Assembly (NCBI GenBank): GCA_030609325.1
Contig: JAUWCL010000002.1
Location: 69,451-133,450 of the forward strand
DNA: 64,000 nucleotides
Direction: 5' to 3'
From: Candidatus Krumholzibacteriota bacterium
Lineage (GTDB): Bacteria; Krumholzibacteriota; Krumholzibacteriia; Krumholzibacteriales; Krumholzibacteriaceae
A program made the translations under genes and the position numbers. Positions within the stretch are counted from its first letter, which is position 1; every line of letters begins with the position of its first letter. Shown in pieces: positions 19,501-27,873 of this stretch. The notes under the pieces are model-generated. The model did not search any database, was not told the origin of the DNA, and was given only the letters and a program-made list of their open reading frames with translations.

Positions 19501-20877
19501 ATCGATCGCCGTCTGGGCGAGGAGCTGCTTCATCACCTCGATGTTCATCGAGGGATTCGCCTGGCGCATCAGCGCGGCGGCTCCAGCGACATGGGGCGCC
19601 GACATCGATGTGCCGCTCCAGTCCCATCCACTACCGTGCCACTGCCATTCCCCTCCGGGGATAGACGAGTAGATCTTTACGCCCGGCGCCGCGATGTCGG
19701 GCTTGATGAAGGTGCCGACATAAGGCGGGGTGTTCCATGTGACGGGACCGCGGCTCGAGAAGCCCGCGATCACGTCCAGACTGTCGGTCGCGCCGACGCC
19801 GAAGGCGCTCGGCACGTTGCCCGGACTGCCGGTCGTACCGGACGAGGGCCCGGAGTTACCGATCGAGATCGCCGGGAAAACATCCGCGGCGGCAACATTA
19901 TCGACGGCCGGGACCATCGCGTCGTGGGTGCCCGTGGCACCGAGGGACATGTTGATCACGTCGGCGCCGTCGTCGGTCGAGGGATCGCCGTCGGGATCTA
20001 TGATCCACTCCATCCCGGCGATTACCTGGGCGAACGAACCGCTTCCGCCCGGCAGGACCAGCGCGTGCATGAACTGCGCGCCGGGAGCCACCCCGATATC
20101 CCACCCGGAAGCGTTCCCGCCGACCGACGTGCCGGTCGTGTGGGTACCGTGCTGATCGGTATCATGAGGCACGGAGCCGGTGATCATATCGCCGCTCGAG
20201 TTGAACTCGGCCCATCCGCCGGGATAGGTCGGATCGGTCGGATCGGTCGTGACCATCTTACCGGCTAGGTCGGGATGCTCGGTCTCGACACCAGTGTCGA
20301 TGCCACCGATCACTATGCCCGATCCATTGAATCCGAAGGATGTCCAGACCTGCCTGGCCCCGATCTTCTCGACCGAGTCCCAGAGCTGCGCCTGGCTCTG
20401 TCCGAGCATATCCCTCGAATCGCTCTCCTGCTTCGGCGGCAGGGTGAGCGTGAAGTTCTCGAACACCTCGATAACATTAGGCATGGCGGCGATCTCCAGG
20501 ATCACATCGGGAGTCGCTTCGATCAGCATGATGTTATCGAGCCAGAATCCTTTCTTTTTATTTACTTTCGAGTTCAGTGAGGGTCTGGCGAGGTACGTGC
20601 CTGCGGCGAGCTGCGACCGTCTGGCCACATTCCGCAGTTCGCTTATATAACTCTGCCTGGACCCGCCGTAGAGTCTCCTGTCCGGTGTGCCGTGAAAACG
20701 GACTACGGCCGTCACGTACTCACCTGGAGCTGCGGCTCTCAGCCTGCTTGCCATCCTTGGTTCGACCTTCGCCAGCCGGTCTTCCTCTGCGTCGACCGAA
20801 TGAAGCGAAGGAACCAGGACAAGCAGGACCAGAAGAACCGCCGCACCCTTGAAAAGATTTTTCTTTGACATCGTCAA
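13510..20877 (-). CDS. giant secreted multidomain subtilisin-like (S8) protease with T9SS C-terminal sorting domain (2455 aa)
   Basis: Signal peptide. S8 catalytic triad motifs (GIDTGV..D, HGTHTTGT, GTSMSAPHVAG) at residues 170-480. Two about 730-aa tandem repeat units (residues 881-1610 and 1611-2340), each containing a WDFE..DGGF..WEWG..GNVK(V/I)STDGGATW..GWY(L/I)DDV jelly-roll-like module and an AAYV(Q/R)DdPG module. C-terminal YPNPFNP...T9SS type-A sorting domain. Confidence 0.85.
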   Translation of the reverse strand: MTMSKKNLFKGAAVLLVLLVLVPSLHSVDAEEDRLAKVEPRMASRLRAAAPGEYVTAVVRFHGTPDRRLYGGSRQSYISELRNVARRSQLAAGTYLARPSLNSKVNKKKGFWLDNIMLIEATPDVILEIAAMPNVIEVFENFTLTLPPKQESDSRDMLGQSQAQLWDSVEKIGARQVWTSFGFNGSGIVIGGIDTGVETEHPDLAGKMVTTDPTDPTYPGGWAEFNSSGDMITGSVPHDTDQHGTHTTGTSVGGNASGWDIGVAPGAQFMHALVLPGGSGSFAQVIAGMEWIIDPDGDPSTDDGADVINMSLGATGTHDAMVPAVDNVAAADVFPAISIGNSGPSSGTTGSPGNVPSAFGVGATDSLDVIAGFSSRGPVTWNTPPYVGTFIKPDIAAPGVKIYSSIPGGEWQWHGSGWDWSGTSMSAPHVAGAAALMRQANPSMNIEVMKQLLAQTAIDLGDPGRDNTYGWGRLDAFQAVSAALAGVGTLEGIVYSSGGGTVDNAKILIVDTGQRIYSDASGAYSMQLVAGDHDVEVSRFGYETYSAMVTVVADATTPQDFTLNMLPSGNVAGYVTDSGTGDGVACDITVRLAGEAVVWSSTDPSTGAYDIALPVGTYDLVFSPVFPYPVTLHGGVDIYEAATTPLDVALDGAQVLIVDDDAGAGFETYFEAAVVAAGRSYLTVTSPPTAAEMTLFESVIWLTGNDYQNTLSAADQAGLAAYLDAGGRLFISGQDIGYDIKTDAFYADYLHAAYVQDDVGLRGCLGVDTSPVGAGFAFDIQGGSGASNQGYPSEVDPLYPALPAFAYDEAVLPSGLVNNDMDKGQVEAGAISSSGTAGLTVDNGVYKLVYFAFGFEAIAGESDRATVMARVLDWMLGYPKIVHVTLGDTENTEHPYRVAAFITSDYFTLDPASFAVVYDAGGGDDVVPMAATGVADEYEAFIPAQPVDTEIAYYITASDAEGHTSTDPLTAPGTRHVFRAGWDTEPPVVSHRRHYDTNDLDGPYHIYADVTDNIGVETVWLMYSKNGMLVHRQLMEMLEDGSFHGAITGPSEVGDVYEYHLLAMDESYRGNVTRVPAMGTFEFEIVEYFLWDFEYDDGGFVAIGDVWEWGAPTSGPGGANSGSNLWATVLGGSYPSNSDATLDVPIITLAASKPYAMLSFWHWYEFEGNYTRYDAGNVKVSTDGGATWTVVTPVGGYDGTASSGNAGIAGEPCFGGTYNKFWQEEIFDLSAYTGNEVTIRFHFGSDGSVNYSGWYLDDVMVRSTDVDDVPPAISNTIVPESSFDNIGPYPVTTTVTDFLGDVALVSLLYSVDEGTWIEVPMTAGTGDDYDGEMPGQPHGSRIRLYVRAEDTSGNEAIDPATAGTYYEFSILPSAPVLVVQGTSSSTPLDMFKEAFAGAGIEADFWYRYSQGWLESEKLALYKVIVLDESIGLTTEQRGDLTEWLETGTQEAKRKFWIMGRDLGWSYSTRPWIEEFMRAAYVQDNPGYRELTGYPGEPIGAEETFVISGSYPDEIQRSTAYPGGELVYQYTGEGTTALTREELAGEYEKDEKEWDGVMPYAPKSLDAGAGIKYNSEAYRSVYFSFNLYYVQEPERRSGIVERVLGWLSAPDIVHEALHDSEDTLNAYTVLAEVYSETLDPARINLVYDVGAGPVTLTMAPAGPPSTWSADIPPQGYGTMVNYYIGASNTDGNTSYHPHGAPGVQHTFEVTGDMTPPVIVHVPLSNTADSAGPWTVSAEITDNVGVDPASVLLTFNVNDGANTAVSMTNVSGDFYEAQITGPASLGDVLNYFITARDIATLPNTARDPADGYHSFEIVDYYAWDFEGNDGGFAAGGPDWEWGEPTYGPDAAHSGVNVWATRIGGNYSSSSNSMLDLPEIVVPTSQLNAALTWWQWYYIETNYDGGNVKISTDGGATWSILQPDIGYTGTARSGNAGIPGEECFTGYGHDEWEKVTVDLTPYIGQAVMVRFHFGSDSSVNRAGWYIDDVRIEGVTDTEGPVFVSTDVPESTFDTIGPYTVTSTIIDAMSVVASATIYYSVDEGMTWNDVPMAAATGDDWAGEIPGQSSGTRIRFYLAAEDGNANGSVDPAGAPGAWYEFGIMPSGDYIVLLGGSSHTLPATFQAAFSAIGETADIWDWDDLGLPTLDFLLLYTGVIVDESWYLDTAQQTLLAGYLDTDDGTRRQIFLLGRDMSYGSSARPWMEQYTGAAYVRDDPGWRELTSTAGDPIGNDETFVISGSYPDELELSATWTGGDVVYYYSGIGSSLDAFGTESETKEFYEKAGKPWDPRLWPMAPDSDDAAAGVRFTGPVHNSVYFSFNFKYIQEDTRRAEILGRVLAWLGTAGGLSTDTGSRGAVAEEAPQIPDRLTLWQNYPNPFNPVTRIQFGIPSGYEGPVELRIYNVKGQLVKTVFEGTRKPGIHEFEWNGRNNRGSQVGSGIYFCRFVAGDIHQTRKMILLR

Positions 20878-20929
20878 TCCTTTCAGTGCAGGCCGGCCGG
20901 TCGGCCGGCCTCCGGTTTCTTCAAGCCGC

Positions 20930-21688
20930 CTATTCCTTCAGCTTGTCCTTGATATAAACTACTTCAAAGTAGCAGACCTGATAATCCTCTACCTCTCCAA
21001 ACATGCTTTCCCCGTTGGGGCTCGCATCGGCGTCGCAGAACGAGAGAACGCCCCTCGTCCAGAGTTTCTCCTTGAAAAACTCTATGCCGCCGCAGTGAGC
21101 CGTGAACACCGAAACATCGGGAGCCCTGAAATAAGTCAGGAACTCGATGTCCAGATACGAGTATTCGTTCGGGAAATGCTCCTGGATGTTAAGACTGGCC
21201 CTGATCACCTCTTCGTTCTTTTCCCAGTCCTCGCTCAGGTTCCAGTCGACCCAGAGAGTCACATTGAGGTCCTGCTCGAATTCGGATGCGAGCCTCGCCG
21301 AGGCGTTCGGTATCCTGATCCTCCAGATCACGAAGATCTTCTTGTTGGGGACCCAGATATTCCCGGTCTGGAAATAGATACCGTCGCATTCGGCGTGGGA
21401 GATCCCGAGCTGCTCGATTCTCTTTTCCCAGACATGCACGTGGGGATACGGCTCAGGGGCCGGTCCCGGCGTGACCCTGGGAGGAGAGAAGCCCAGGCCG
21501 TCGGCGAGCTGGAACTCGCCGCCGCCGAGCCATTGATCAGCATCGAATTCGGGCGGAATGCCCTCCTGGACGATTCGGATCACCTTTCCGTTGTCCTTCT
21601 GCAGGGCCAGGTCCTGCGCCGCGGCAGCGGAAAAGCAAACAGCGAGGCAAAGGAGAAGAACGAGGAAAGAAATCCTCTTCCCTGTCAT
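20930..21688 (-). CDS. secreted GEVED-motif domain protein
   Basis: Signal peptide (MTGKRISFLVLLLCLAVCFSAAAAQ) from an internal ATG. C-terminal GEVEDYQV motif, as in GEVED domains usually attached to FCB-group secreted proteases. Confidence 0.45.
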   Translation of the reverse strand: MTGKRISFLVLLLCLAVCFSAAAAQDLALQKDNGKVIRIVQEGIPPEFDADQWLGGGEFQLADGLGFSPPRVTPGPAPEPYPHVHVWEKRIEQLGISHAECDGIYFQTGNIWVPNKKIFVIWRIRIPNASARLASEFEQDLNVTLWVDWNLSEDWEKNEEVIRASLNIQEHFPNEYSYLDIEFLTYFRAPDVSVFTAHCGGIEFFKEKLWTRGVLSFCDADASPNGESMFGEVEDYQVCYFEVVYIKDKLKE

Positions 21689-22246
21689 GATTTTCCCCCT
21701 CTTGCGCAATGAACCCTCACGCATGCGTTGAAGGTCCGTCATTTGGATTTATGGCCCTGTTGTTCGTCTCACCCCCTCGATGCACAGCACGACAGGCCGG
21801 AGTGCGCACTGCATCCGCGTTATTGATCGTTGAAGAAATGCCAATGGTTCCGGACCGCTCATAGTCTGCGGCTGCAAGACCCTTTCAACCCCGCGGCCAT
21901 ACGGCCGCCATCCATTGCAGACTGATTTAGAAAGCAAAGGGCCGAAAGCAGTTCCGCCGCAGACAGATACCGAATACGAAACGGTTACCGATTGCGGCAA
22001 AGAGGCAGATACTCAGATGCTGAAGCAACTGTTCCTGACCCTGGAAATTTCAGATTGATACCGTGGAGATTTTATCATCCGTACGCGGCAATGTCAAGTA
22101 AAGTCGGGCTGCTGACAGGGCTGCTGACATAAGTATGGAGGACCGGTTCCGTTACGGAGTTTTCCCTTGACCATAAACGTCCAGATGTGGGATTTTTGCC
22201 CTGTTAGCGGTTGAACCCACATGGGAAATTCAGACAGGAGGTCTCG

Positions 22247-23047
22247 ATGAGAGAGATGAGACGGGCTTTGCTCGCTCTGATCCCCCTGATCGTGCTATGC
22301 CCTGTCGTCGTATCGGCCCAGCACATGGTGCCGCACGACGTTCAGGGCAGCAGCGGGGGAACTGCGAGCGGGAGTCACAATGTATGGTTCACCGCGGGCG
22401 AGATGCATGTACGCTACAAGACCGGCCCGGACAATACGGTGAATCCGGGTTTCTGGCAGATCGCCTCCATATCCTCGTCGGTCGAAGTCGCCATAGTGTC
22501 GTTCTCCGGGATCATGAACAACGGCGCGGTGGAGCTGAGGTGGACCTCCTCGGCGGCAGGCTCGCTAGACGGCTTCAACGTCTACAGGGGCGAGGGTGAA
22601 AACCCCGACCGTTTCGAGAAACTCAACGACGAGCCTTTCGGAACTGCGGGCACGAACATCTACCTCGATGAGTCGGCACTGCCCGGCAGGATATATACCT
22701 ACCAGGTCGGGGGCGTGCAGGGCGACAGGGAATTCCTCTCCTTCACCCTTGCCGTCTCAGTGCCCTCGATACCGCTGACTCTCTACCAGAACTATCCGAA
22801 TCCGTTCAACCCTTCGACCTCGATCTCGTTCTACATGCCCGGCCCCGACAGGGTCCACCTGGAGATATTCGACGTTCAGGGAAGAAGGATCAGGACGCTT
22901 GCCGACAGCCAGATGGAAGGCGGCAGACACACCATCCACTGGGACGGAAGCAACGACGCCGGGCGAAGGGTCTCATCCGGCATCTATCTCTACCGTCTCG
23001 TATGCGGGAAACGGACTCTCACGCGCAAGCTCGCGATGATGAGATGA
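22247..23047 (+). CDS. secreted Fn3-like protein with T9SS C-terminal sorting domain
   Basis: AGGAGG Shine-Dalgarno 6 nt before ATG 22247. Signal peptide. VELRWTSS...GFNVYRGEG...YTYQVGGV Fn3-like domain. C-terminal LYQNYPNPFNPSTSISF...GIYLYRL T9SS sorting motif. Confidence 0.6.
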   Translation: MREMRRALLALIPLIVLCPVVVSAQHMVPHDVQGSSGGTASGSHNVWFTAGEMHVRYKTGPDNTVNPGFWQIASISSSVEVAIVSFSGIMNNGAVELRWTSSAAGSLDGFNVYRGEGENPDRFEKLNDEPFGTAGTNIYLDESALPGRIYTYQVGGVQGDREFLSFTLAVSVPSIPLTLYQNYPNPFNPSTSISFYMPGPDRVHLEIFDVQGRRIRTLADSQMEGGRHTIHWDGSNDAGRRVSSGIYLYRLVCGKRTLTRKLAMMR

Positions 23048-23100
23048 GCGGGGGGTCACGCCTGATGAACTCGACGATCAAGGACGAAAGGAAAACGGAG

Positions 23101-25257
23101 ATGAAAAAGATACTGATGATACTCGCGATCGCCATGCTGGCCGCCCTCCCGGTCTCCGCCCAGATCCCGAATCTCATGACGTACCAGGGAGTGCTGACCG
23201 ACGACATGGGCGTCGTCGTCTCGGACGGCTCGTACAACATGACCTTCAGGATCTATGACGTCCCTTCGGGGGGATCGCCCCTGTGGGAAGAGACATTCGG
23301 CGTCAACGTCAGCAAAGGCATTTTCAATACGATTCTCGGCTACACCACGCCGCTCGATCTCGCTTTCAACGAACCGGTATACCTCGGACTCGCTATCGAC
23401 GGCGGGGCGGAGCTCACGCCGAGGCGTCTGTTCACCTCGAACGCCCATGCGTTCAGCGCCCTCTCGGTCTTCGGGGTTGAGAACATCTTCCCCTCGAGCG
23501 GCCATGTCGGCATCGGGACTCTCACTCCCGCCGCTCCTCTCACCATACGTATAAACAATACTGACTCGTCCTGGCCCGCGCTGCTGATCGAGAATACGGG
23601 CAACCAGAGCCTGATCGACTTCAAGATGGCAACGGTGACCGAGGCGAGGATCAGGAAGGCCGCAGGCGGCGACCTATTTCTCGGCACGGTGACGGGGCAG
23701 GGCATAACGTTCTCGCTGAGCAATACGTCCACACACCGCATGATGCCCGACGGCAGCTTCGGGATAGACAATCTCTCTCCCGTGGAGAAACTCGACGTCA
23801 ACGGCGCGATCAGGCTCGGCACGACGGCGAATACAAACGCCGGTACGATCCGCTGGACCGGATCGGATTTCGAGGGGTACGACGGCTCGCTGTGGAACTC
23901 GCTCACTTCGGGCGGCGGAAGCGGCCTGCCCTCGGGGACCTCGGGCCAGACGCTGAGGCACGACGGCGCCGACTGGGTCGCCAACACGACACTGACCAAC
24001 ACGGGCACCAATGTCGGCATCGGAACCGCTTCGCCGAGCGCTGAGCTGCATGTATACGGCACCGAGATCGAGGAGACAAGGGTCCAATCGACCTCCCCGA
24101 CCGGCGCCGCGGCCGTAGAGCTCCTGACCAGCGGCGGCTCGCTCGACTACCTCAGGCTCGAGAAGTCGGGGCCGAGCAGAAGCGGCACGACGGCGGGGAG
24201 CATCCCGCTCGCCAATCTCTCGCGGATCACCGCCGGCACCCAGGCCGGCGCCCTGATGCTGCAGACGGTGCCTGCCGAGCCTATCCACTTCGTCACCAGC
24301 AACCTCGAACGTTTCAGGATAACCGAAACAGGCAGATTCGAGGGATACTATAATGGGGCAATGACCTCCCGGTTGTACGGCGGGACTGACGGCGGTTGCT
24401 ACTACCAGTACGACGACGAGGGACACATCTTCTACGGCATAGAGCCCGACTTCAGCACCGGCGGCGGCGGCTATCTCTACTTGCGAAGAAACAATTCCTC
24501 GACAGGTTTCATAGTCGACGGCAACTGCGGCGCTACCGAGGGAACGAGGGTCTCGGTCTTTGGCGCGACATCCTCCATCGTCCTTGATGCCAGCGCCTCC
24601 GGTAACAGTACGGTGGTATTGCCCACGGGCGCCGTCTCATCGGCGGAGATACTCAACGAGCCCGGCGTCGCCAGTTCCACCGAAGGCGTCTATTCTGTAC
24701 CCATCCTCGACGCCCCGACTGTCATCAGAGCGCGTACGATCACGGCTCCCGCGAGCGGATACGTCCTCGTCATCGCGACAGGCCAGGGAGAGATGTCCCA
24801 TACAGCCGGGGTTTCGTCGTACATCAACTTCGGTGTCTCCGACATATACACCTCCCTGCCTGTGAACCAGGATGTCGCATGGGGTATATCATCAGGAGCC
24901 GGGTCGGGAACATACTCAGCGCCGGTGACATGCCATGGCCTCTTCGAGGTCTCGGCGGGCTCGAACACCTTCTACTTCCTGGGCGATAAGGGAGCCTCGA
25001 CCGGAGAGTCGTACTGCTACGACGTCCAGCTCACCGTCCTGTACATCCCCACATCCTACGGCACCGTGAATCCCACGATGGCCGGAGGCGTCGGTATACC
25101 CGATACTGACGCACCTGTCTCCAGCATATCGGCGTCGGACATCTCCAGCGAGCGCGCGGCCTCCATCGAGGCTGACAACGCCCGCATCGAGAAGGAGCTG
25201 GCCGAGATGCGCAGGCTGGTCGAGGAGCTCAAGCGGGAGGTCGAGAACTCGGAGTAA
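23101..25257 (+). CDS. secreted tail-fibre-like repeat protein with C-terminal coiled coil
   Basis: Signal peptide (MKKILMILAIAMLAALPVSAQ). N-terminal YQGVLTD..G..V.DGSY.MTFRIYD...GG.PLWEE motif and repeated NVGIGT.SP...LHV elements seen in FCB tail-fibre-domain proteins. C-terminus ARIEKELAEMRRLVEELKREVE is coiled coil. Confidence 0.5.
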   Translation: MKKILMILAIAMLAALPVSAQIPNLMTYQGVLTDDMGVVVSDGSYNMTFRIYDVPSGGSPLWEETFGVNVSKGIFNTILGYTTPLDLAFNEPVYLGLAIDGGAELTPRRLFTSNAHAFSALSVFGVENIFPSSGHVGIGTLTPAAPLTIRINNTDSSWPALLIENTGNQSLIDFKMATVTEARIRKAAGGDLFLGTVTGQGITFSLSNTSTHRMMPDGSFGIDNLSPVEKLDVNGAIRLGTTANTNAGTIRWTGSDFEGYDGSLWNSLTSGGGSGLPSGTSGQTLRHDGADWVANTTLTNTGTNVGIGTASPSAELHVYGTEIEETRVQSTSPTGAAAVELLTSGGSLDYLRLEKSGPSRSGTTAGSIPLANLSRITAGTQAGALMLQTVPAEPIHFVTSNLERFRITETGRFEGYYNGAMTSRLYGGTDGGCYYQYDDEGHIFYGIEPDFSTGGGGYLYLRRNNSSTGFIVDGNCGATEGTRVSVFGATSSIVLDASASGNSTVVLPTGAVSSAEILNEPGVASSTEGVYSVPILDAPTVIRARTITAPASGYVLVIATGQGEMSHTAGVSSYINFGVSDIYTSLPVNQDVAWGISSGAGSGTYSAPVTCHGLFEVSAGSNTFYFLGDKGASTGESYCYDVQLTVLYIPTSYGTVNPTMAGGVGIPDTDAPVSSISASDISSERAASIEADNARIEKELAEMRRLVEELKREVENSE

Positions 25258-25300
25258 GATTCATACACCGATCGCATCCGCTTTCAAATCGCGGATGTTT

Positions 25301-25337
25301 AAAAAAAAGGGGCGGGCCTCATGGCCCGCCCCTTTCG
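25301..25337. terminator. bidirectional rho-independent terminator between the tail-fibre-like gene and gdhA
   Basis: AAAAAAAA-GGGGCGGGCC-tcat-GGCCCGCCCC-TTTCG: perfect 10-bp GC stem with an A8 run on one side and a T-rich run on the other, between convergent genes. Confidence 0.7.
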
Positions 25338-25361
25338 TCTGCATAATACAGAGGATCGTCT

Positions 25362-26732
<1,371 letters not shown>

Positions 26733-26973
26733 TCACACACTACGCCCCGGAGGGGCACTTCTTGAACGGTATGATCCCGGCGACCGGAAGCGGCCGGGAC
26801 AAGAACGGTACAAGGATACCGAGGCCCTTGTCAACCCCCTGAAAAATTATTTTTCTATATCTTAACCGGGGTGTTTTGGAGGACTGAATATGCCCGAATG
26901 GCAATGAGTTACGACGATAGTAATAATAGAGTCGAAACGGTTGTGAATGATCGCGCGGGATACGACAGGAATA

Positions 26974-27369
26974 TCAGGAAGACACCCTCGGGACGAGTAC
27001 CCTTCTGAGCCCCTCGCGCAGCTCGTCGGAGGTGTAGGGCTTGGGTATCACGCCGCGGAATCCGTACTCGTGATAGTCCTGCAGTACCGGATCGCCGACG
27101 AAACCGCTCGAGACGAGCGCGATGACGTCCGGGTCGTACTCGATCAGCTTCGCAGCCGCATCCCTGCCACCCATGCCCCTCTGCACGCTCAGGTCGAGGA
27201 TGACCGCATCGAACTTCGAGCCGCTCTCCGCCGCCTCGATATAGAGCCGCACCGCTTCCTCTCCGTCGGCTGCGGCCACGACATCGTAGCCCATGATCTC
27301 CAGCATCCTGGAGACGACGCTGCGCAACATCTCCTCGTCGTCCATGAAAAGGATTCGTTTACGCCTCAT
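26974..27369 (-). CDS. single-domain response regulator (CheY-like receiver)
   Basis: KRILFMDDEEMLR...DAVILDLSVQRGMGG...VSSGF receiver-domain motifs including the phospho-acceptor Asp; internal ATG start chosen. Confidence 0.7.
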   Translation of the reverse strand: MRRKRILFMDDEEMLRSVVSRMLEIMGYDVVAAADGEEAVRLYIEAAESGSKFDAVILDLSVQRGMGGRDAAAKLIEYDPDVIALVSSGFVGDPVLQDYHEYGFRGVIPKPYTSDELREGLRRVLVPRVSS

Positions 27370-27619
27370 GGTGATTTCACCCGGACCGGCCATGTTAATG
27401 CCTCCCAGTTATCCGGAAAGTCTCGATTGTCCCTGGACCAGTCAACCCGCTTAATACCCCTGCTTATTTTATATCATATATTTCGGTGGATGTCCACCCT
27501 CGATCGACTTCCCCTCAATCGACTTCCCCGTGAACCCGCATTACAGGACATCTTTCGAACTATTGTCTGTTTTTCGTTGACTCGCCCTCAAGGCCCACTA
27601 TATATTGGGCCTTGCTGTC

Positions 27620-27790
27620 GGAAAAAACTCCATATATGGGAGTCGAAGGGAATCCGGTGAGATTCCGGAACTGCCCCGCAGCGGTGAGCAGTAACGAAAG
27701 CCGCACGATCTCGCGGATATATGGGCCGAAGCCTTCGAGGGAGGGACCGGCCTGACAGGCAGAAGATAAGGCACATATACTTCAGGGAAT
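27620..27790 (+). promoter_or_regulatory. candidate cobalamin (B12) riboswitch in the nrdDG leader
   Basis: GGGAATCCGGTGAGATTCCGGAACTGCCCCGCAGCGGTGA matches the conserved core GGGAA..GGTG.A.TCC....CCCGC.AC.GT.A. It lies in a 450-nt untranslated leader directly upstream of nrdD. The 3-prime B12-box match is weak. Confidence 0.45.
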
Positions 27791-27873
27791 GACTCGAAGC
27801 CCGCTCTGCCGCTATCAGACGCCCGGAACGCCTGCGGGGGGGGGCTTGCCCATTGCCTGCGCGGGACGAAAGG

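Noticed and set aside
14971-20268. Two very long plus-strand ORFs (663 aa and 1038 aa) inside the subtilase gene
   Set aside because: Arg/Gly/Val/Asp-rich low-complexity translations with no motifs, lying entirely antisense to a well-supported 2455-aa gene; typical high-GC shadow ORFs.
21749-22000. 83-aa minus-strand ORF in the 500-bp gap between the GEVED and Fn3 genes
   Set aside because: Cys/Arg-rich, no start context; the gap is more likely regulatory or a decayed gene. The GGGCTGCTGACA x2 direct repeat at about 22103-22130 was noted but is too short to call.
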